Positions 9,450 through 17,254 of a stretch of DNA of 64,000 nt are shown here, one piece after another (position 1 is the stretch's first letter; each line of letters begins with the position of its first letter). The position numbers were made by a program, and so were the translations under genes. The notes under the pieces are model-generated. The model worked only from the letters and a program-made list of their open reading frames with translations, was not told where the DNA came from and made no database searches. Source of the stretch: a virus; IMG/VR virus record IMGVR_UViG_3300042553_000685, one strand, 5' to 3'.

Positions 9450-9492
9450 CCTCATAAGACGGCTCAAAGTGATTCGATTCCGCTATTCTGCA
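9450..9492 (+). pseudogene. tRNA(CAU) 3' half (anticodon loop to discriminator), degenerate
   Basis: cctcataagacggctcaaagtgattcgattccgctattctgca aligns with positions 31-73 of the intact tRNA at 10613-10685; T-stem and acceptor carry mismatches; no 5' half present. Confidence 0.65.
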
Positions 9493-9889
9493 TACAGCGT
9501 TAGAGCAAAACCCACAACGTCATATAAGTTAAACCTATGAGTCACTATCAAAGTACCATTCCACCCTCTGGGGCAAACCTATTAACTATTGATTGCACTC
9601 TATGCTGGCGTTACTTAGTATAGAGTATAATATTGTATATCGATAAGTTATACTTATCAATTAACCACAGCTTCTCTCACCTCAGATAGATATGCCCATA
9701 ACATACAGTTATAATATATAACAATTCAAACATAAATAATTGGGGTTTTTAATACAGCGTTGTAAATACGGCAAATATCGCCATATTTAGCTATATTTAA
9801 ACAAATATTAAGCTATCAAATGCGAGCGAAACCTAGGCAGAGAGATAGACAAGAGTGAGTAGCCACTCAATTATTAAGGAGATATAGGC

Positions 9890-10051
9890 ATGTCAAAAAC
9901 AGTATTAGCTTTATATGTGACCCTTACCGTGTTCATAGTGATTCTAATGTATATAATGATATCAATCATATCTGCTGGAGGGCCCGCCAGCGATACATGT
10001 AGTAGAGTGTGTAGCCACTCAATTATTAAGGATATACAAGCATGTCAATAA
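9890..10051 (+). CDS. small membrane protein, paralog 1
   Basis: 53-aa ORF read manually (below track cutoff); shares upstream region, N-terminal TM segment and GGPASDTCSRV motif with ORF 10042-10254. Confidence 0.35.
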   Translation: MSKTVLALYVTLTVFIVILMYIMISIISAGGPASDTCSRVCSHSIIKDIQACQ

Positions 10052-10254
10052 CAGTAATAGCGTTAAATGTAGTCTTTATCGTATACATAGTGTTCCTGAT
10101 GTATCTAATTCCTAGAGTAGGGCCCCGCGCTAGGTGGGGCCTTGTCGCGTTAATATGCGTCATAGCGTTGGTATGGATATCGATCATGTCTAATGGAGGG
10201 CCCGCCAGTGATACATGTAGTAGAGTGTTCCACTTCTCTATATCTAGGCTATAA
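10042..10254 (+). CDS. small membrane protein, paralog 2
   Basis: 70-aa ORF; tandem duplicate of the 9853-10004 unit. Confidence 0.4.
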   Translation: MSITVIALNVVFIVYIVFLMYLIPRVGPRARWGLVALICVIALVWISIMSNGGPASDTCSRVFHFSISRL

Positions 10255-10277
10255 CACTACTTAATACTTGTAGCGCG

Positions 10278-10356
10278 GTAGTAGTAGTAGTAGTGGTAGT
10301 GGTAGTATATAGAACGAGGCCCGCGTCATAATAAGGAGGCCCGCGCCATAATAAGG
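10278..10356. repeat. microsatellite (GTA/GTG)n plus 20-bp tandem repeat
   Basis: gtagtagtagtagtggtagtggtagt (10278-10306); aggcccgcgYcataataagg twice (10317-10336, 10337-10356). Confidence 0.8.
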
Positions 10357-10365
10357 ATAAGTGGA

Positions 10366-10393
10366 ATAGTGTAACCGACTCCGCTGTCCTGCA
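10366..10393 (+). pseudogene. tRNA 3' end fragment (T-arm/acceptor), degenerate
   Basis: ccgactccgctgtcctgcatacag resembles tcgattccgctatcctgcattcag of the intact tRNA and the fragment at 9450-9492. Confidence 0.45.
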
Positions 10394-10612
10394 TACAGTA
10401 AACCTTATCAAGAATTAAACTCAGGAGGAAGATGTTGATTTTATTGCTTTCGCGGATTGGTGGATTAATCTTCTCTATGATTTTGCTTCACAGGCTGTTA
10501 CATCACTTCTATGTAGCGGCGTGGGACAAGAATACAGATAGATTGATAAGAAAGGGTAAGTAACAACATACTAGATATAACGCGGCCCCCCCCAATTAGG
10601 GCCGCACCACAA

Positions 10613-10685
10613 GCAGGATTGGCCGATAGGTGGAGGCACCGTCCTCATAAGACGGCTTAGAGCGGTTCGATTCCGCTATCCTGCA
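10613..10685 (+). tRNA. tRNA with CAU anticodon (elongator Met or Ile2-type)
   Basis: Manual cloverleaf: acceptor GCAGGAT/ATCCTGC (7 bp), U8, D-arm GCCG-ATAGGTGG-AGGC, anticodon stem CCGTC/GACGG with loop CTCATAA, variable CTTAG, T-arm AGCGG-TTCGATT-CCGCT, discriminator A. 73 nt; CCA not encoded. Confidence 0.9.
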
Positions 10686-10739
10686 TTCAGTAATATAAGG
10701 GGCCCCCCTATTAGAAATACCATAATACTAAGGAGAGCT

Positions 10740-11030
10740 ATGAAAGTATTAACCTCTTACGTCTTATATCCATCACCAGACGAGCAGATCAACATTAAGA
10801 GGTATGCGTGCTTTGTGAAGCATATCATCAGTGTAGAGATTGATATGGTAATGTGGCCCAATAATAGGGCCCGCAGTGTCCAGCTGATGAGATACCTGTT
10901 CGACACACTGAAGCTACAGTATACAGAACACGAGGATGGGTTTATGATCAGATTGCATAAGTTAGTATATACTGATGGCTCTACAGCACTAATAGTGCCA
11001 ACGGCATATACAGACAAACTACTACGTTAA
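10740..11030 (+). CDS. hypothetical protein
   Basis: 96-aa ORF with aaggag RBS upstream. Confidence 0.45.
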   Translation: MKVLTSYVLYPSPDEQINIKRYACFVKHIISVEIDMVMWPNNRARSVQLMRYLFDTLKLQYTEHEDGFMIRLHKLVYTDGSTALIVPTAYTDKLLR

Positions 11031-11163
11031 TCAGACACGTGTATACAGCGCAGCGTAATGTATCACTAGGGGCCCGCCTCACTCTCAACTACATACAGCT
11101 CTAATAGACATAGTCTATTATTGATATACCTCTCTGTCAGCAGAGAAGTATATCAATAGCTAA

Positions 11164-12102
11164 TCAGCTCCATAAGCGAGGTAGCATCTCCTTGCACTTA
11201 TGTATATACCAGTGGCCTTCAGGAGGAGTGTTATCTAATGCTTCCTGGAATAACATATCGCGTAACCCTTGTACAGACATAAATGAAACAGGCTCGTGCA
11301 ATAAACGTTGTGCTTGAGGGGTAATGCTGGGCCCCACAAATATAAACTCAACTGGTGTATCAAAGTGGTTATTGGCTAGTTCTATATAACCCTTATCAGC
11401 TATAGTAGATACTACGTCCTCTACGCCAATAGGGTTAATCTTAATCTCAATGACCTGTGTCTTACCATTGCTAGAACGGCATAGGTCAAAGCGACGAGTG
11501 CGGGCCCGACTCTCTAGTGTGTTGATTACTGTTAACTCCCTAGTGAAGGGGTTAGTAGTATAACTAGCTAATAATACTAGATCCATCTGTAACTCAAGCT
11601 CAGAGTTATAGGTGGGGCCCGTCTCTACGTTACGTATAGATGTAGCTCGTGGTGCAGGTGCTGTCTTAGTTCCCTCTACACGAGAGAGAGCGGGGCCCAG
11701 CCTAATATTATTATGGAGGGCTATACGTCCATAAGCCGCTGTCCAATTACATACCCATAAGTGATTATTATAGTAATTGACATCGTAATAAGTACATAGT
11801 GCTCTTTGAAATGGTTTAATAGCTAAGGCATCTAGTTTAATCAAACGCGGTTTAGGTAGGCCAGGTCTATCTGCCCAGGTGCGTACAATAGGGTTAAATA
11901 AGTTCCTGACATTGCTAGTCGACATCTTGAGTCTTTGCGCTATTTCAGGCATTAAGAAGTAAGCATCTTTACCGTCTCTATCAGGTACCCAGGTGAGTTG
12001 GTATTCATCAACCCAATGAACTAATTGATCTAGTATGGGGCCCGCGCAATTAGGGTATTCTTTAAGTATGGCCGTAGATAAATCTGGCAGTGCAGCTGGC
12101 AT
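11164..12102 (-). CDS. hypothetical protein, possible PD-(D/E)xK nuclease fold at C-terminus
   Basis: 312-aa ORF; weak motif RRFDL...VIEIK near C-terminus; assignment tentative. Confidence 0.5.
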   Translation of the reverse strand: MPAALPDLSTAILKEYPNCAGPILDQLVHWVDEYQLTWVPDRDGKDAYFLMPEIAQRLKMSTSNVRNLFNPIVRTWADRPGLPKPRLIKLDALAIKPFQRALCTYYDVNYYNNHLWVCNWTAAYGRIALHNNIRLGPALSRVEGTKTAPAPRATSIRNVETGPTYNSELELQMDLVLLASYTTNPFTRELTVINTLESRARTRRFDLCRSSNGKTQVIEIKINPIGVEDVVSTIADKGYIELANNHFDTPVEFIFVGPSITPQAQRLLHEPVSFMSVQGLRDMLFQEALDNTPPEGHWYIHKCKEMLPRLWS

Positions 12103-12144
12103 ATTTGAATCCTAAAGTAATTATTCTAATAATAACACACAACT

Positions 12145-12180
12145 ATTAATAGCACACAAGTCAATTTGTGTGCTATTAAT
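12145..12180. promoter_or_regulatory. palindromic operator-like site 1
   Basis: 15-bp arms attaatagcacacaa / ttgtgtgctattaat with 6-nt spacer, 43 nt upstream of the start of minus-strand ORF 11164-12102. Confidence 0.5.
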
Positions 12181-12207
12181 TAAACAAATAGTTACTATAC
12201 AATCTTT

Positions 12208-12450
12208 CTATGCGGCTGTATGATTGGCATTCATTATACTAAGCATTTTATCTGCTTCTAGAATATCACTCTGCTGCTCGCTGTTTAGAAGCATGAGGTA
12301 ATCAGTATTCATCTGTCTAGCCCACCTCTTTACCAGTGATGCGGGTATCGTTACAGAGCCGTCACTATTTACTATAGATTTTGAAAAGAGATAGCGCATC
12401 CACCTTGACCAAGCTTCGTGGGCATATTCTGCAAGTTTTTCTCTGAGCAC
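12208..12450 (-). CDS. hypothetical protein
   Basis: 80-aa ORF. Confidence 0.5.
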   Translation of the reverse strand: MLREKLAEYAHEAWSRWMRYLFSKSIVNSDGSVTIPASLVKRWARQMNTDYLMLLNSEQQSDILEADKMLSIMNANHTAA

Positions 12451-12496
12451 AGATAATCTCCGAAGATTAAATCAATTAATAATCCACAAATAATTA

Positions 12497-12528
12497 TAAT
12501 AGCATACAAGCTAGCTTGTATGCTATTA
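12497..12528. promoter_or_regulatory. palindromic operator-like site 2
   Basis: Perfect 32-bp palindrome taatagcatacaagctagcttgtatgctatta, 47 nt upstream of the start of ORF 12208-12450; half-site TAATAGCAYACAAG shared with site 1. Confidence 0.5.
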
Positions 12529-12556
12529 ATATATTGCCGTTAATATCAATGTGTCA

Positions 12557-12739
12557 CTAGTCTCCTAATCCAGTATACGCTTTTCTTTCTGCTTTATCAA
12601 GCTCGTCAGTTAATAATTTAATATGAGACTTTAACTCATACACTTCATCTTCTAAAGCTTTAATTCTCTCCACTTCAGTCATATTGGTGATTACGACACT
12701 GTCATTAGAGTCAGAAACAACATAAGCTTTTAGCGACAT
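12557..12739 (-). CDS. small coiled-coil protein
   Basis: 60-aa ORF, heptad-like EDEVYELKSHIKLLTDELDKAERK. Confidence 0.45.
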   Translation of the reverse strand: MSLKAYVVSDSNDSVVITNMTEVERIKALEDEVYELKSHIKLLTDELDKAERKAYTGLGD

Positions 12740-13158
12740 AATTACCTCTTGGCTTTACTATATTCTATCAATAATAAATTAGTTTTAACTACAATAGTGA
12801 GCATCTATTATTTTCTTTACTACAAACTAAAAAAAATCAAGACAGCGCCATACAAATGTACTGTTCTTTTAAAAAAAGGACAACTTTAAAAATAACCACC
12901 CTAGTTGCGCTGATTAATTATGAACATCATTCTTAATGTTATTTTATCTATTGTAGTATTCACAATACTTGTACTAATTGTTGCTTTTATTATGGTTTAT
13001 ACAATTAGTTTTTTTGATGGGTTTATTAAAGCTCTTAAAGATTTTGTCAATACTCGAAAAAATAAATAATATAATCCCTCTCTAGAATAATTTGCTGATA
13101 CTCAAGAGAGGAACTATACGCTAAGTCAATTAATCAGTGGCAAGATTTTGCCACTCTC

Positions 13159-13647
13159 TCAAGAGATTAGAATATCAATAAAGTGACTAGGTAGGTTACA
13201 GATCTGAGCATACCCAGCCCATTGACTTTTATGCTCCGGCGCGATGTTAGGAGTAGCCAGGCTCCAAACCATTGCAAAAGATTCTGCCCGCCCCAGACTT
13301 GCTTGAGATAGAGCTACTTGTAGACTCCCTGCAAGTAATGGATTTAAAGGAAGCAATTGCTGATAGAATTGGTTGAACTCGGCATCTACTAATATTAGCC
13401 GGGCAAATTCTACCCAATCAGGAGTAGGAATAGAAGGGGGAATTAATTCTAAACTAAATTCCAATCCGTTCCAGTTTAATTGATGAGTAGTTGGGTCATA
13501 ATCCGGTTCTTCGACTGCAAAATAGCCAGCATCGGCTATCTCTTCAGCGGTGTAATTTCCCCCAGTACGGGAGAACCCATCACTGAGAAAAATTCTATCG
13601 GGTAGTTGTTGAGGGTATTGCCCTCTTAAGGAATACAGAGTAGTCAT
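13159..13647 (-). CDS. hypothetical protein (tail-fibre module)
   Basis: 162-aa ORF directly downstream of the LamG-domain ORF. Confidence 0.5.
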   Translation of the reverse strand: MTTLYSLRGQYPQQLPDRIFLSDGFSRTGGNYTAEEIADAGYFAVEEPDYDPTTHQLNWNGLEFSLELIPPSIPTPDWVEFARLILVDAEFNQFYQQLLPLNPLLAGSLQVALSQASLGRAESFAMVWSLATPNIAPEHKSQWAGYAQICNLPSHFIDILIS

Positions 13648-13655
13648 AGTTGCAA

Positions 13656-14408
13656 TTAGCTCATATAAGTGTCGGTTTCAGGATTAAAGTTTGTTAGATA
13701 CCGAGCAGCTTTAGTGACTCGGAAATTGTCGATATTGGCACCCCAGCAATAACCTGTAGAGAAATAAATTCCAATATTATAAAAAGTTTGAGTATAATTA
13801 ATGGCATTAGTGGCTTGATTGATTAAGGCTCCATTTAAATATAATCTTGATTGGTTAGCTCCCGTGCCCTGACGAACATAAGCAAGGTGAAACCAACTAC
13901 CGAGAGGAATTGTCGCTATATTACTAGCATTAGATAATTGTAACAAATTACTAGAAACAAACAAAATAGAAGTAAAAGTGCTATTACTTGTACCAAATGA
14001 TAGAAGTCCGTGACTAGAGCGAGAGGTGGCGGCAAATAGCCACATCTCAATAGTAAAATTCCCAGTTCCCAATGCTAAATTAGGGTGATTGACACTTAAA
14101 TACCCGTTTGTATCAGGAAACAAGCCAGAAGCAGCTCCGTATTTAGATCGAGTGGTACTCGTTGTTACCCCCGTGGTTCCCAGTCGCGAAACTGGTAGTA
14201 ACAGTGGACCACTGTCAGCAAACACGATCCCATTGTTTGCGCCATCAAATCGAAGATCGCAAACAACACTATTAATGAAAGGATCATTAGATCGAATCCA
14301 AAGATTTCGCCTTTGCCGATTATAAACATCAAGAACACTCCAATTCCCTGGTCTATTGGCTCCATCCCAAGGGGGTTGAGAGCCCATGAAGCCACCTTCA
14401 CGTGTCAT
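13656..14408 (-). CDS. LamG/concanavalin-like lectin domain protein (tail-fibre associated)
   Basis: GNFTIEMWLFA ... WFHLAYVRQG ... LYLNG pattern typical of Laminin_G_3; start moved to ATG at 14408, which overlaps the upstream stop (ATGA). Confidence 0.6.
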   Translation of the reverse strand: MTREGGFMGSQPPWDGANRPGNWSVLDVYNRQRRNLWIRSNDPFINSVVCDLRFDGANNGIVFADSGPLLLPVSRLGTTGVTTSTTRSKYGAASGLFPDTNGYLSVNHPNLALGTGNFTIEMWLFAATSRSSHGLLSFGTSNSTFTSILFVSSNLLQLSNASNIATIPLGSWFHLAYVRQGTGANQSRLYLNGALINQATNAINYTQTFYNIGIYFSTGYCWGANIDNFRVTKAARYLTNFNPETDTYMS

Positions 14409-14728
14409 AAAAACTCCGTACAACCTATTAACATATCCATTACATTAGGGGCAGAAGCTGAAGCCCTTAACTTCTGATTCGGCTTGACGATAATAGGGCT
14501 AGAAATAGGAACAAAACTAGACCCAACTGGGATAGGTATCGTAAAGCTAATGAAACACAAAATCGTGTTTTCGCTATTAGTTAAAACCAGATTTAAGTCG
14601 GTTGCCGTCGACGCCCTATTACAACAAAGAATTGAGAAGACAGATACGACTGATACGCCGCTAGGAGGGACGTACACATCCTGAAAGGATGTCGTCAGTC
14701 CTGAAAAAGTAGCGTTATTTAGTGCCAT
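14405..14728 (-). CDS. hypothetical structural protein
   Basis: 107-aa ORF in co-directional tight cluster. Confidence 0.5.
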   Translation of the reverse strand: MALNNATFSGLTTSFQDVYVPPSGVSVVSVFSILCCNRASTATDLNLVLTNSENTILCFISFTIPIPVGSSFVPISSPIIVKPNQKLRASASAPNVMDMLIGCTEFL

Positions 14729-14731
14729 TTA

Positions 14732-14959
14732 TTATCCTAATCCTATAGCTAGGAGGTACTCGTAAGTAGCCAGAGAGGTAATTTCAGAGCCGCCGCCGCC
14801 GCCGCCCCCATTCTCTTGATTTATAGGATAAGCTACGCTTCCCGTGGCATCTGACGCGTAAATCGTAAACCCAGCTCCTACCCGTACGAAGTATATGGCA
14901 TTAGGTGTGAGAGTAGCAGGCAGGCCTCCTGTTACTTTTTGAGGGTGAAAAACTACCAT
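14732..14959 (-). CDS. hypothetical structural protein with Gly run
   Basis: 75-aa ORF; GGGGGG encoded by (gcc)n at about 14790. Confidence 0.45.
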   Translation of the reverse strand: MVVFHPQKVTGGLPATLTPNAIYFVRVGAGFTIYASDATGSVAYPINQENGGGGGGGSEITSLATYEYLLAIGLG

Positions 14960-15531
14960 GCGATGGGCCCCTCCCAGCCAATTTTGGGCAAGGCATTATT
15001 ATAGGTAAAAAGTCCGTCAGCATTTTCTCCTATTTTATTAAGTTGGCTCAAATTCCCATTGTGAACGTGGCTATTAGATACTGCCGTATCGATAGCACTA
15101 GGAGAGCTAATAGGCCTTCCCTGAATATTAGCCCACTGGAGAATTAGATCGAGTGATTCCGCTTCACTTATTTTAATCCAAGAAGTTGTAGAAAATCGAT
15201 AGATATAAGTGGCTGCGCCGCTTGCCACAGTGGCATCGCCAGTTGCGTCTAGTACCAGAACCTGAGTATTCTCAGTTGGAGATAGGGCATTTCTAGCTGC
15301 TATATTAGCTACAATCGGCATTTCACCAGCTAATCCAGAAATTGAAGCATCGATTAATGCCTGAATATCTACATCTGTCAATAGTCGCTTTAGAGCAGTC
15401 CCAGAAGTATTGCTTACATATATTTCAATATAGTTCGGTTTGCCCTGAGGCGCAACAAAAAATACAGCGTTACCCTCGCAGGGTAGCGATGGGACTGCAG
15501 TTAATTTAGAGGGCTTAAAAGTTGTACTCAT
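14953..15531 (-). CDS. tail-fibre-like protein
   Basis: ORF in tail-fibre cluster; start moved to MSTTFKPSKL (ATG 15531). Confidence 0.5.
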   Translation of the reverse strand: MSTTFKPSKLTAVPSLPCEGNAVFFVAPQGKPNYIEIYVSNTSGTALKRLLTDVDIQALIDASISGLAGEMPIVANIAARNALSPTENTQVLVLDATGDATVASGAATYIYRFSTTSWIKISEAESLDLILQWANIQGRPISSPSAIDTAVSNSHVHNGNLSQLNKIGENADGLFTYNNALPKIGWEGPIAW

Positions 15532-15535
15532 ATTT

Positions 15536-16012
15536 TTACCAGTCTGTAACAATCCATTGTTGTTTTAGGCTATCGAGCCATTCTTGCTCCGTGCCAATAA
15601 AACTATTGTTCAAGGCTACTTGATAAGCGGATAGCCCAATAGGGCCCTGTAGTTGTCCACCATTAATCCACGCTATACCCGACCAAGTGTAAAGAATACC
15701 TTGAATTAGGTAACCATGTCCTATAGAGGGGTTAGTAGGCAGATCGCCTATAGAATTAAGATTACCTTTAATTAATAGAGGCGGGCCAGGCGGGCCAGGA
15801 AATCCAGGAGGAACATCTTTAAGCACTAATGCACTTAGGCGCTGTTCTCCTTGAAGACTACCTATCTTGTCGCGTATACCAATAGCACTGGCAGCCTCTG
15901 ATAGATTACCTCCACCTATGGCGATGAGGTCGCTGGGCGTATCCGTTATTATTAAACTGGTCTGACCCGAATCCGGGATTACTAGAGTAATTGGTGGGCT
16001 CATGAGAGACAT
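15536..16012 (-). CDS. tail-fibre protein with short collagen-like segment
   Basis: PPGFPGPPGPP run and SAYQVALNNSFIGTEQEWLDSLK motif, common in phage tail fibres. Confidence 0.6.
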   Translation of the reverse strand: MSLMSPPITLVIPDSGQTSLIITDTPSDLIAIGGGNLSEAASAIGIRDKIGSLQGEQRLSALVLKDVPPGFPGPPGPPLLIKGNLNSIGDLPTNPSIGHGYLIQGILYTWSGIAWINGGQLQGPIGLSAYQVALNNSFIGTEQEWLDSLKQQWIVTDW

Positions 16013-16398
16013 CGTTGATTATAATTTACACATACAGGATTAGGCAGGCACTAGGCAGGCATGCACTAACTAAAACTATGCGTGGCTAGTTTTATAGCAA
16101 AGGCTATTCACACAAAACACAGTCATATTATGACTGACGTTCTAGATTACATCACTATCTATGTTTCATAGCTAGTTATAATTCCTGCGGAAGGTTTATC
16201 TTGTGGCATCCACGACACACTCTACAGCGTGACGGCTTTAGTTGATTTGTCTCTAGAGTTGCCGACGGCGAAAGAGATATACAATGTTTACAAAAACAAT
16301 AACGCCCATTTCAGCGTAGAGGTTATAAAAAGTGGCTATCACTTTTACAGCATTTGGTAACAAGCAATTAAGTCAAAACGGGAATAATTTCCCGTTTT

Positions 16399-16917
16399 AT
16401 GTTAACACTAGCATTAACAAAGATTATGAACATATACAAAAGATTGGGCGCAAAAACGGTATCTTTGGCTAATATGTGGAACGCAAAACCTCCGTTTATC
16501 GGGGAAGACGGTAATCCCTGTGAAGAAACTGTAAAATGGGCATTAAACAAACAAGGTTTTGTCGATACAGATAATATTAAGTTTGATTCTTGCTGTTATT
16601 TAAAAGATGCCTGGACGGATTCTGTTGTCGCTGTCGTTCCTGCTACAGCTACTAGAAATGAAGAAACGATCTACTTGCATCCTAGTCTTAGCGGTATCTT
16701 AGGGGAGTTTTACGCTGAATGTTGCCGGGTCGATAGTCAAGAAATTATTATCGGACCATATCAACCACATCAAATAGAAAAAGCTTTTGATGACTGCATA
16801 AAAAAGCGCAAGATGTACTTGAGTACATCAAAAGTAAGTGTATTTATACCAAAGGTGCTAATCTTGATAAAAGATTTACTTTTTTACATGATGATGGCTG
16901 GTATTGCGATGGTATAA
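16399..16917 (+). CDS. hypothetical protein
   Basis: 172-aa ORF; preceded by hairpin aaaacgggaa/ttcccgtttt (16375-16398), so the real start may be Met at 16429. Confidence 0.45.
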   Translation: MLTLALTKIMNIYKRLGAKTVSLANMWNAKPPFIGEDGNPCEETVKWALNKQGFVDTDNIKFDSCCYLKDAWTDSVVAVVPATATRNEETIYLHPSLSGILGEFYAECCRVDSQEIIIGPYQPHQIEKAFDDCIKKRKMYLSTSKVSVFIPKVLILIKDLLFYMMMAGIAMV

Positions 16918-17254
16918 AAGTTGTTTTTTTGCCTGTTAGTTTTAATTGTCTTCCAGCAATTAAAGGATTTTTCTATTTACCTCAAGAGTGATTTGCAACT
17001 TTATAATCTTAATTATGTTTCTTAGATAAGAAGATTTTGAAGTTTTAAAATCTTCTGTCTTAAATATTGTTAAGTTACAAGATCACTCTCTATCAGGCGT
17101 ACCGCTGACAAGAATAGCTTTAATCTGTGATAAGCATCCTGAGATAATCAAAAAGCAAGGGATTAACAGAAATAATTCTCTCAAATAGTTGATATTTCTG
17201 GGAGAATATTGTAAGACAGGATCAAGTAAACAAACACACAAGAGGTAACAAGAC

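Noticed and set aside
9440-9450. gggattgaaac resembles the 3' end of many CRISPR repeats
   Set aside because: It is a single occurrence at the inferred transposon end, with no repeat-spacer structure nearby.
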